A stretch of DNA of 63,171 nucleotides, counting the filler, from Craspedostauros australis (Eukaryota): assembly GCA_030167865.1 (NCBI GenBank). It is 12 parts of 12 records of this genome, joined end to end, with 100 filler letters (N's around TTAATTAATTAA, not from the genome) between each part and the next. Parts side by side here need not be neighbours in the genome. Positions count along the whole stretch, not along the records: positions 3,506 to 34,954 come from JALAGF010002749.1; positions 35,055 to 39,827 come from JALAGF010002750.1; positions 39,928 to 41,242 come from JALAGF010002753.1; positions 41,343 to 42,717 come from JALAGF010002754.1; positions 42,818 to 44,108 come from JALAGF010002755.1; 7 more parts are not named here. One strand, written 5' to 3'. Shown one piece after another: positions 33,500-44,208 of this stretch. Every line of letters begins with the position of its first letter. Position 1 is the first letter of the stretch. Under the pieces are notes generated by a model. That model ran no database searches. It saw only the letters and a list, made by a program, of their open reading frames with translations, and was not told where the DNA came from. The translations under genes and the position numbers were made by a program.

Positions 33500-34686
33500 A
33501 TGGCAACCAACAGCGTCATGTGCTCGGTCGAATACAATCGCGCTCTTCCAAGAGGTTACTTCGCAGTCACAGGTTTTTCTATGATTGGGTATTGCTATGA
33601 GTTACACGATATCCCTCATGTCAGCAAAGCTGTCCAAGGTCGTTTCAACGCCGTATTTGGAACGACTGGGGAAGTCTTGCATCTGCTGTGGAATGACATG
33701 TGGATGCATGGAATGATTCCACGAAGTATGCAACCAAAGCATTTCTTGTGGACAAGCGCTTTTCTCAAACAGTATTCATCGGCATCTATCCTTGCGAGCT
33801 TGGCGAAATGCAGCACTAAGACATTTAGAGAGTGGGTGTGGAAGGTGCTCGAAACCATGGAGTATGCGAAGCCACTGGTGGTAGGTATAGTGTGTACAGC
33901 ATGACGAGAGTGAAACACGCAGCATGTGGCTCGTCCTTTCTTCGTTTTCTCACGTGTGGTCTCGTTCTGTCTCCGTTGCGCTATTCTCGCTCTTGTTGAG
34001 GCGTTCAATTTCACCACGCGAAGTTGCACTGGGGAAACCGATTCCGCAACGCATCCCCACAAGCTGTTGCTCTGGTGACAGTGGATGGAACCGACATGCG
34101 TATCAAGGAACCAAAACCATTCAACAAAGGGTGGTACTCACACAAATTTAAGGGGTCAGGTGTTCGCTACGAAATCGCTGTTTCCATCTCCAGCGGTGAG
34201 ATCGTGTGGGCAAATGGCCCGTTCCCCTGCGGCATGTTCAACGACCTTCAGATCTTCCGTTTTGGCCTCAAACATCAACTTCGCGAAGGCGAAATGGTGG
34301 TGGCGGATGCTGGGTACAAGGCAGACAAACACGTCTGGGGACCAAGCTCGGTCACTGATGGTGTCTGCCGCGCACGCCACGAAACCATCAATCGCCGCAT
34401 CAAACATTGGAGATGCATGAAAGAGATTTGGACGCATGATCCAAACAAACACCACCTCGCATTCAACGCAGTTGCTTTGTTGACCCAGATTGAACTCTCG
34501 CATGGCTTTCCTGCATTTGATGTCGAAAGTGCGCTCGCAAACTCGTTGCACAAACGCCGGAAGAAATTCTGGGCGAGTGTGGTGAAGAATCCGAAATCGC
34601 TCAGAGCCCAGACATGGGTCCCGCATGCAGCACGGGTCGATCTCCTCGAAACAAAACACCAAAATGTCCCACCAAACAAAGCGTAA
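33500..34686 (+). CDS. DDE transposase, PIF/Harbinger/ISL2EU-like (DDE_Tnp_4) (exons 33500-33880, 34024-34686; 347 aa)
   Basis: N-terminal HTH region (RFNAVFG...KHFLWTSAFLKQY...KTFREWVW). Intact triad in VDGTD, VADAGY and RARHETINRRIK, plus WYSHKF and NDLQIF motifs. Phase-0 GTAGGT...GAAG intron. Confidence 0.88.
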
Positions 34687-35054
34687 CAATAATACTCCCG
34701 CCGTTGTTTTCTCCGTTGTTCTCTAATTTTACGTCGCTGTTCTCAGTTCGCAAAGGGCATGTGTTGTTCTTGGAATCATTGCTGAGGGAAACGAAAACGA
34801 TGTGAGGAGATGGACTGTGCGCCGCAAATGCCGCAAGCCGTGATTTGAGGCGACAAAGCGAGTCGTGATCAACGCTCAGAATGGAAAAGGCGTAATAATG
34901 TGGAGGAATAGCAGCAATCGTTCCACTGTCAGCGATTGTGCCGAACGCCCGCCTNNNNNNNNNNNNNNNNNNNNNNNNNNNNNNNNNNNNNNNNNNNNTT
35001 AATTAATTAANNNNNNNNNNNNNNNNNNNNNNNNNNNNNNNNNNNNNNNNNNNN

Positions 35055-35659
35055 CAAATTGTGATCGTATTTCTGGGGCCTACGACGGCCCCAAATCAAC
35101 CCCTCTTCCCGCCTCCGCTCGTCCACCCACCAAAGGTTACATGGCGGTGACGGCGATATGCTTGAATCTTGAATTGGCCGGCTGGTTGTTGCGGCGCCAA
35201 GCATACCGTTCGACGGCCATTGTGGATGTGTTTTTGGTGTGGCTCCACTTCCATGTTGGTGTGTCGAGTTCGCCACTCTCAACCGGCCTCACATTTTGGG
35301 GGATGTGGAGATTTGCCTCCAATTGTAGTAACTGTCCGAAAGGAGCACAACACAAAACACTCCAGGAGTACCAACCCCACTCAACCACTTCGCCACGACG
35401 AAGCAGACCTGTTGATGTTGCGCATCGTGATATCATTGGTGTTTGATGACGAAGTATCTAGGTGCGTGACGCCGATGACGGATCGGACAAGCGCATCATG
35501 GAATGAATGTAAACACGGATTCACCGCTTCCCCCAACATTCTACAACTAGTGCTATCGTGGATGGACTGTTGGATGGCCTCATCCGAACACCTGAAAAAG
35601 AGACTAAACAATTCAAAATCGGAACAAANTTGCTGAAACAAAGAACAGCAAAGGGTTAA
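35055..35659 (+). mobile_element. Possible degraded piggyBac 3' end
   Basis: Terminates in AAAGGG|TTAA (35650-35659), which reads TTAA-CCCTTT on the minus strand. Upstream degenerate Cys cluster (CCGAKH...WMCFWC...LVC) resembles the piggyBac C-terminal Cys-rich domain. The other end is not in the contig. Confidence 0.3.
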
Positions 35660-36086
35660 ATTGGATCGATGTAGTCGGCTGTCAAAGGCTGAGTCCCTAA
35701 AGCAGTCTAAAAATTAGCACCTTGATGGGCCCATAAAACTTAAAATAAGGTCTAACCGGAAAGTGATTTGAATCAGTATTTGGTTTTAGAATATGGGGAT
35801 TATGAATATGTGATTTGGTTGGATATCCGAGAAAAAAGGTGTTGAGTCCCAGGACAAAGTGCAGGTCGACTCACTCGGGGGGCTCCTATGCTATACTCTG
35901 CACACCTATGCCTCCTGCATCGCACCGCATGTCACCGCTTGGCATCATTCCGCGTTGTGCTGTCATCTCTGCATCCAGAATCAAGCATCGAGTAAACGAC
36001 AACGGTCACGCAACCAGCAAGCAGTAGTACTATAGCCGTCCACATCCAAGCATAATACTCTGCTAGGCACTACTCGACTTTCCATC

Positions 36087-36144
36087 CACGTACCTACACG
36101 TACCTGCACGTACCTACCCTGCACGTACCTGCACGTACCACACG
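36087..36144. repeat. Tandem ~10-bp repeat (GCACGTACCT-like, 5-6 copies)
   Basis: CACGTACCTACACGTACCTGCACGTACCT...GCACGTACCTGCACGTACC, immediately upstream of the ATG at 36154. Confidence 0.85.
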
Positions 36145-36153
36145 CGCGCCACC

Positions 36154-38902
36154 ATGAGACTCCACGTCGCAGCCGCCTTTCTGTCCACGGGCCTTTGGAA
36201 GGAACAACGAGAGCGCGATGGCACCACCACAACATCGACAAGCGTGTCATCCGGAATGGCTTCAGTCCATGCACATTCCCACGCATCGTCAGGACGTCCT
36301 CCATTGGGCCAGAGCAGACGCAACACGAAGAGAGGGCGTCGCGCTGCGTCTCTCTTTGAAGATCGTGCTTCCGCAACAACGCGCGCATCCAACAGCGATG
36401 GCGCGAGTCATGATGAGGCCATGGATGCTGCCACTGCCCTCTTTGCCGAACACCAACTCATGCCAACGAAGTCGGTCGACGCCCATGAGCACAGCTTCGC
36501 AATGCTGAGCTTGTCTGACGAAATCTCGGAGCTCCGAATGTGTGATCCTGCTCTCTCCGTAACTCCCACGCAACAAGCGGATCATCCCAATGCACCAGAC
36601 ATCGGGCTGTTGGGAGCCGTCGGTTTGCCGAATCCAGCCTGCCTTCCAAACCAGCTCTGCGCGCCGTACCACTACAACGGCCAGGACGGGATTTGCGCCG
36701 ATGTTCAAGGAGCTCCCATCGATGTCCAGCACCAAACAGCGGCTGCCACTCCCGCAGCTTCCTCCTCCCGTCGTTCTCCTTCTTCTGCTCGCAGCACCAG
36801 CGCGCGCGGACAAGGTGCAGAGCGGCTTCTGCGGGAGATCCCTCCGGATCTGGATCCGAACGACCCAGGAACTGCCACATTCATCACGTACTGCTACACG
36901 GACGAGCTTGACCATCTGGACTGCGACTGCCCGACGGATCCCAACTTCGACTTTCGCGCACAGCCGTTCACGCTCACATGCACGGGACCGTGCGTCAATC
37001 CATTGACGGTCGAATTCAACCATCAAGAGTTTCAGGACCCCTACGGCAACGTCGTCGACGTGGTCAGCATCGCAGGCGTGTCGGGGCTGAGCAACTGCAG
37101 CATTTCGCAAAGCATCTTCTATGGCATATGCATCGTCCCTACCACATACTTCGCTCCCCAAACTTGCACCTGTCCCGATACCCCCGTCGATGTTGACACC
37201 ACGCCAATCGTCGTCGATTGCGTCGATCCCAGCACCCCCTGCGCGACCATCTCGACATCTTTCACGGGAAGTCCCGGCCCAGTGGGCTCGAGCGCTAGCT
37301 ACGATACCGAGTGTGTCTTCCCTGCCTCGTACTATTGTGCATTCGACGAATGCAGCTGCGCGTATACCACCTTGGCATATCCAGACGGTGAGCGGACACT
37401 CCACATCGATGGAATCGATGTTCGCTGCCTTCGACGCTTCGATACGAGCGCGACCGTGCGATCATTGTGGGGCGCGTTTGAATTTGCATGCTGCGCCTGA
37501 TTGCATTTGTGGATGAAACAATACTTTGCTTGTCTTGCCCACCAACTCACCGACTCACCACACTCGTTTCGCCTCTATCACATGCCACGCATCACAACGC
37601 CACATCACGAATACGTCTTTGCTCCCGTCAACCTACCACTACACCATACAACTGCATCCATCCCACTCTCTTCGCGAAGGCTTCGGCAGTTGCACCTACT
37701 ACAGTGGAGGGCTGGTGATGAATTTCTTGCTTGTCAGAGGGAAACTGGTGAACCGCACCTTCTTCAAAGACCCCAACGTCACGGCCGTTCAGACTCTGGA
37801 GGAGTTCTGCCAGGGGTACGATAATTGCGATTGCACCAGCATCGACGAATCTCAGGGCACCGGATCTGGTACCTGCGACAGGGAATGCGGAGACTACACG
37901 TTCACCGCAGTCGATGGCAACATCACCAACCGCACCTTCAAGGGCTGCAGTTATACAGAGCTGGGCGAATTCTGCGTGTCATATGGCCTCGACGACTTCG
38001 AATGTCCCACGCTGAATGGTGCCGCGTGCAGTTGCGAAGCAACACAGTGCGGCGTGCTTACGGACCCACCGCTCTATCTCGTCGATTTCAACTTCGATTG
38101 TGGCAACGGCCTTGCGGGCTCCTCCTGCGACTACACCTTCGCTCCCAAGTTCACCATGTGCGCCGAGAAGGTTGTGCAAGACGCATGCATCGCACCCCCT
38201 AATGGTGACGACGATGCGCTGGACTGCAATTGCGTCCCCCTTCAGCGACCGCCTGATTCATCGGTTGGTGACTACTTGACTCCATTCATTGGACAAATCG
38301 TGTGCAAGAACTCTTGCAATCAGACCACAACGACGACGTCCTTCCAAGGCGACAAGACCTTCACGCAGGAAACCTGCAGCGACGGGCACTTTCCAACAAG
38401 CCCTGCGGAAGTTTGCATGTCCCTTCCAGTACCGCTGGACGGGTCGTGCCCGGTCGAGATTGACGGAGTCAAATGCTCCAACTGTGTCGCAACATCCACA
38501 TGCGATAACGATATCATCCGCTTCAGCGCTGAATGCGCGACGTCACCAAGCAACGTAGAGGTTCTCGATACCTGTCAGCTCCAAGAATGCACCATTCCGG
38601 ATGCTACTTTGGCCCCATCGACCTCCCCATCCGGTCAACCATCGAATTCTCCGTCCGCCCAACCATCCGGTTCCCCATCAAACTCGCCATCCAACTCGCC
38701 ATCCAATTCGCCATCAAACGCGCCATCAAACTCGCCGTCCAATTCGCCATCCAACGCGCCGTCGATGAATCCCACGCCAGCCCAGACGGATGTCCCAACA
38801 GCATCCCCAAGCAGCGGTGGCGTAGCACCAAGCTTCACAACCTGCATGTGGTTGGTTGTTGGTGTAGCAACGATGACGTTGGCTTCGACCTTCGTTGTGT
38901 GA
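36154..38902 (+). CDS. Cys-rich cell-surface protein with a PSxS stalk and C-terminal GPI/membrane anchor (exons 36154-37387, 37680-38902; ~818 aa)
   Basis: A phase-1 G|GTGAGC...GAAG| intron joins two Cys-rich ORFs. Repeated C-D/T-C modules, (PSNS)n stalk at ~38620-38765, and ending SSG...hydrophobic tail. The N-terminal signal peptide is weak and the start is uncertain. Confidence 0.7.
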
Positions 38903-39208
38903 TTCTCGTCAATCTCGTGACGAGCCGCAAAACACCATTCCTCACCTTCCTACAGTACTTCATCGCTGCGCGGGGGTGTCCATGCGCATGTGCATGCACA
39001 GAAGCATGGAGCATGGAGCAGCGTACCCCCGACAACGCACAACTACATGTCAACCTCCGCAAGTTTCCTACCGCTAGATGCCCGTTTCTCGTTTCCACAT
39101 ACTATGTCATCATGCAGACGTCTACACCGAAGTAATCTCCACGAATATGAATCCTCGACGCAAAATAGGAGCTGCAATTGGGGTCTTCTTCTAGCATGTG
39201 CACAATTA

Positions 39209-39827
39209 CTAGTTTGAGTGAGGGTGCCATCTCTTCCAGCACAGCACCCTCAAGAAGAGCATGTGTTTCGATGTGCTGATTGGTTTTTGCGCGGAAATGG
39301 AAATGTTGTGGAAGATACAATCTACGGAGACGAGGAGGTTGTGTGAGTTCGAATGTTGCTGCACCTACCGTCCTCTTTCGTGGCTCGTTCTTGGGGTTTT
39401 TTGGTGGTTGTTGTTGGAGTGTACGGGTACAGTTCTGGGACACCCGGCAAATCCAGAAAATTGGTCGATGTCCGACTAATTCGACCTCTATTTCGTTGAC
39501 CTGCGCGAAACACTTCGTTGGNNNNNNNNNNNNNNNNNNNNNNNNNNNNNNNNNNNNNNNNNNNNNNNNAGTAACTAATGTCGCATCTCTCTATGACCAA
39601 CATACTTTTTTAGTACACAAACAAAATATCAAATGTCATTGCGACTGTCTTTGTGACCTCATTCACGAATTTGATTTCCACGCCTCAAAAAATGGGCTAG
39701 TCGTGATAATTCTCATTAATGAGAAACTCATTCTCATTTTTGTTCTATAGAAGTGCGCTGGTCGCGACTGTTTCCATTAATGCATTTCTCGTTTCCATTT
39801 TTTTCATAGAAGTGCGCTGGGCCCAAT
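39209..39827 (-). mobile_element. Candidate Helitron 3' terminus
   Basis: On the minus strand: 9-bp stem hairpin (39219-39227 pairs with 39244-39252), 6 nt, then CTAG followed by T. No Rep/helicase coding sequence seen. Confidence 0.3.
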
Positions 39828-39927
39828 NNNNNNNNNNNNNNNNNNNNNNNNNNNNNNNNNNNNNNNNNNNNTTAATTAATTAANNNNNNNNNNNNNNNNN
39901 NNNNNNNNNNNNNNNNNNNNNNNNNNN

Positions 39928-41242
39928 TGTGTGAGCATCACACCACCTCTGATTCTCCCATTCCTCTTCCTCTCTCTGCAACTCCTCTTCGATTCGTTCC
40001 TTCTCTGTTCCAGCTGATTCATTGTTGGTCGCCACAATTCTGGATGTTGCTGTTGCTGTTGTTTTGCTTGTTATGCTGGGTGTTGTGTTGGTGTCTGTCT
40101 TGGCAAGGGCAGCCTCCTTCTTTTGTTTGCGTTGTTTGGCGTTGTACGCTGCAAACAGCGACGCTTTGACGCGCATGGGATTTGCGTGCAGTTGTACGTA
40201 CCAGTCAGTTTTTGTTTTTTCGTCGCTCATCAGTTTCTCGTGTGCTTCGTGTTCGGATGGTCTGTTTTTCGGATCCTTCGCGGACGCTTCACTGATGTCC
40301 TTCAATTTGTCCGCGATGTAGTCTGGTAGTTTTGCTGGTTTGCGCGTTGTTTTGCTCGCCCAGCCTTGTACTGCGAGTGGTGGGTGTTCTGTGTCCGCGG
40401 TCTGGTCTTGTAGCGCCGTGGTGTGATCGGATGGCAGGTGTCGTTGTCCGTCTGCGATGGCTTTGCCGAACGCCAGCGCCTTGCTCTCCGCCGCTGTGCG
40501 CCCGAATTTTCGCGTCTTGTCCGTCTTCCTGGATGATTCGGACGTGATCGGCAGCTTCTCGGACGTGTGCGATTCTTTCTCGGTGACGCCCAGCTCGTTG
40601 ATGGTCCACCCTTCCCATTCGGCGCTTTTCACCACGACGTCTTCCGTGATGCCAGACGCGGCCACCAGTCGTGCCTGGTCATCGTCGTACTTCACCTCGT
40701 GAGTCATACGTACCTGTTGTCCACTTGCGCGGAATCGTCTTTTTGGTGCGCCAGGCAACGTCGTGATGTTGCCTTCAAGGGCTGACGCGTCGACTAGTAC
40801 TGTTGTCGTACCTGCGATGCTACCGGCTTGCAGTGCCTTGAAGACTTGGAACGGGGTCTTGATGTCGCGTCCACTTTGCACGTATTTTCGCAGTACACGG
40901 GTGATGTACGCGAAGTGGGTGTCCAGCATGCTCTTACCAGTTTGGGCCTCNNNNNNNNNNNNNNNNNNNNNNNNNNNNNNNNNNNNNNNNNNNNNNNNNN
41001 NNNNNNNNNNNNNNNNNNNNNNNNNNNNNNNNNNNNNNNNNNNNNNNNNNNNNNNNNNNNNNNNNNNNNNNNNNNNNNNNNNNNNNNNNNNNNNAATGTC
41101 TTTGACCTTTTTTTGCACGATCTCCAGCAGTCCACCAACTTGAAGTGTGTCTTGTGTTGGTCTTCCATCGACCACAATGTCGATGAACCGATAAGTAAAA
41201 ATGTCATTGCGACATGTGATGACCATTGCCCCAAGCAGTGAC
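39928..41242 (-). mobile_element. Sola3-like DDE transposase fragment (C-terminal half)
   Basis: TQDTLQV...EAQTGKSMLDTHFAYITRVLRKYVQSGRDIKTP, and downstream GWASKTTRKPAKL...L, resemble Sola3 transposases. Interrupted by an internal N gap. Confidence 0.6.
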
Positions 41243-42817
41243 NNNNNNNNNNNNNNNNNNNNNNNNNNNNNNNNNNNNNNNNNNNNTTAATTAATTAANN
41301 NNNNNNNNNNNNNNNNNNNNNNNNNNNNNNNNNNNNNNNNNNAACGAGAAGCTCTTGTCAGTGCTGTTGCTGATGTCGTTGGTACTGCTGGCTCTGTTGG
41401 AGTGTGGTGTGCTTACAACTGTTGGCGAATTTGAAAGCTCCTCCTCATTGTCACAGCTGGCATCGTCCTCGTCTTTGTTGTTGGGTTCAAAATCCTCGTC
41501 ATTCGTGTCATTGCTGTTGTTGTGGCCTGATGGGTGGTACCGGAGAGTGTCTTGAAGTTCTTTTGGCAAATCGCTGTAATTTTCTGGCATGCTCAGCCAC
41601 ACTTGGCACGAAACTCAAGTCCAAACCCTGAAAGCACAAAGAGGATGTGAGTGGTTGTGGTGAGCAACACAAAGCCAACATCAAACCACCATCAGATGCT
41701 CTCAGTCAATGCATACCTTTGCCAGTTTGCAGGAACTTCTGCAAGGCTTGTGACAGCTTCTGGAGTTGCATTGGAGGTTATGCTTTGTGTACTTAGCTTG
41801 CCAATTGGTGTGCATTTCTCAGAAATGGTTGAGTCCTTCGATGGAGGGATAGAAGTGTGCAGGTGTTTTGCTGAAGCCTTTGATTGTGTACGTGGCGTGG
41901 TTGCCTGTTGCTGACCAGCAGCCATCATCATTTCGATTTTTATTGCATCGTGCATGATTTGTGCACACACGACGATCCGCATCGATTCGACAATAACAGC
42001 ATGAGTTGGGAGGAAAATAGATGGATTGAAACGAGCAATCCAAGAGTGTGATGCTTACAAGTCAGGGTCAGCACATGCACAAGTTCTATCGAGAGAGCGC
42101 ACCTCTGATGCGCAAAGAAGGCAAAGTAACCCAAAGCCACGAACGACGAATCGCTACGACTTGTTTGTACTACAACTAACAGCAAGGTTTGTAAACTACG
42201 ATCTAGAGCACTCAAGTATTCAAACGGGCTCATCGTGGAACATCATCGCACTATTCATCTCTCGCCGTTTGCAGTTCGAGGAGGAGGACGCTTGTTTTGT
42301 GGCGCTGTTGTGCTCATTTCGTGATTGAGTTTGGTTTGTGAGAAGCCGCACAGCCCCGCTTGTTGTTCAGTTTTTCGGTTTGCGGAACGGACACAAATCA
42401 TGTTGATGTGATCACGTGTTATCGGTGACGACAACTCGAATTCTTGTGACGTCGTCGTGCCAAAATCGTCCGACAGGACGCGTTTTTTGTCCGACAAAGC
42501 AAACCTTCAAGTCGTGTCGTATTTTCAACGAAACGTGAACGCAAGCCGGTTCTCGGTAGAACTCCAGTAGGAACTGTTCGTAGGATCTTCCCTCAGGGAT
42601 CTTTTGTTCCCCCAATGACGACAAAACAAAACTCAACTCGCCAAACACCGTTTCAAACAGAAATGGGAGGAAGGCCCAGTGCGATTCTTGTCTGTCGTCA
42701 ATTTGTTTTGCGATGTCNNNNNNNNNNNNNNNNNNNNNNNNNNNNNNNNNNNNNNNNNNNNTTAATTAATTAANNNNNNNNNNNNNNNNNNNNNNNNNNN
42801 NNNNNNNNNNNNNNNNN

Positions 42818-44108
42818 CTACGCATCCGAGACACGCTCCGCTGTACCTCCCAATGGTACCGCTCCTCCGAGCGCTTTGCGATGCGTAAGCATTTCAAGAC
42901 AAGATTCCCAGCAGCCAACGTCAACCGTCTCCACGAGACGGTGGCGATGGACACACTCTTTTCAGATACACCAGCACACGATGATGGTGTTCCAGGACAT
43001 GGTGGGTGTACCATGATCCAGATCTACGTTGCTGTGGACTCTCGCTTCACTGCTGGATTCCCGATGGCATCAGAGAAGCAGGTCTCCAGCACTTTTCAGG
43101 AGTTCATTCGGCGCCATGGAGCTCCGGACCTCCTGATGTCNGATAATGCGAAAGCGGAGATCGGATTCAAGATGCAAGACATCCTCCGGCAATACNCCAT
43201 TGCTGACCACCAAAGCGAGCCCGAGCATCAGCACCAGAACGCCGCTGAGAGACGCATCCAGGACATCAAGCGGATGACCAACGGTGTCATGGACCGAACG
43301 GGCACACCTGCTCGCTTCTGGTTGATATGCACGATGTATGTCATCGTCCTCTTCAATCACCTGGCACAACGAACGGCAGGCAACATCACACCAATGCAGG
43401 CCACCTACGGGCATCGTCCTGACGTGAGCAAGTTCATGTGCTACCACTGGTGGCAGCCAGTGTACTACTGAGTCGAGAAGCCTGGCTTCCCCAGCCAATC
43501 TCGCGAGCGCAAGGGACGCTGGGCGGGACCATGTCTCCACAAGGGAGATGATCTGACATACTGGGTGCTCGACGACGAGACGCAGCAGCTCCTACCGCGA
43601 TCTGCTATCCGCGCTGCCGACCTCCCACCCGGGTCCAACCTTCGTGCCGACTTCCCCATGCCCGACACTGGGGAGGATGACGGCTTGGCCAAGATCCCGT
43701 CCGCTGATGGGGAGCTCCAAGACGACTCTTTCATCGAGTCCACTGCCGACCCGGTCGTCCATTCCCTCTCGGACGCCGTTCTTTTCGCTTCTGACGGAGC
43801 CAACAATCGAGCGACGGACGGGGGAATCGTCAAGGTGCCGCACTTCACACCTGAGGAACTGATCGGAAAGACCTTCGTGTATGATCGTGATGGCGAGCAA
43901 GTCAAAGCAGAAGTCATCCAACGCGTGAACGATGCTGATGCCGCAAACCACCAACGCATCAAGATGCTCCTCTCCATCGACGACGGAGCTGTCAACGACC
44001 TCATCTCGTATGTGGAACTGTCCGATCTTATCGAACAACAGACCGACAGCAGCACCAATGGAGAAGACGCCAAGTGGGGATTCCACAGCATCACAGGACA
44101 TGAAGGTC
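42818..44108 (+). pseudogene. CoDi-type copia integrase fragment with a premature stop
   Basis: ETVAMDTLFSD, SDNAKAE, SEPEHQHQNAAERRIQDIK, GRWAG. In-frame TGA at 43469-43471, after which the frame continues to the contig end. Confidence 0.85.
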
Positions 44109-44208
44109 NNNNNNNNNNNNNNNNNNNNNNNNNNNNNNNNNNNNNNNNNNNNTTAATTAATTAANNNNNNNNNNNNNNNNNNNNNNNNNNNNNNNNNNNN
44201 NNNNNNNN

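Larger units (their letters stand above)
29292..34686. mobile_element. PIF/Harbinger-superfamily (PHIS) DNA transposon with divergent ORFs; termini not located
   Basis: A DDE_Tnp_4-type transposase (+) and a divergent gene with an N-terminal Myb/SANT-like HTH (-) give the two-gene Harbinger layout. No TIR or TSD found; the contig ends at 34954. Confidence 0.65.

Noticed and set aside
41343..42717. Contig as the continuation of the Sola-like element or as a gene
   Set aside because: Only short broken ORFs with no motif, and it is separated by a spacer, so linkage cannot be inferred.
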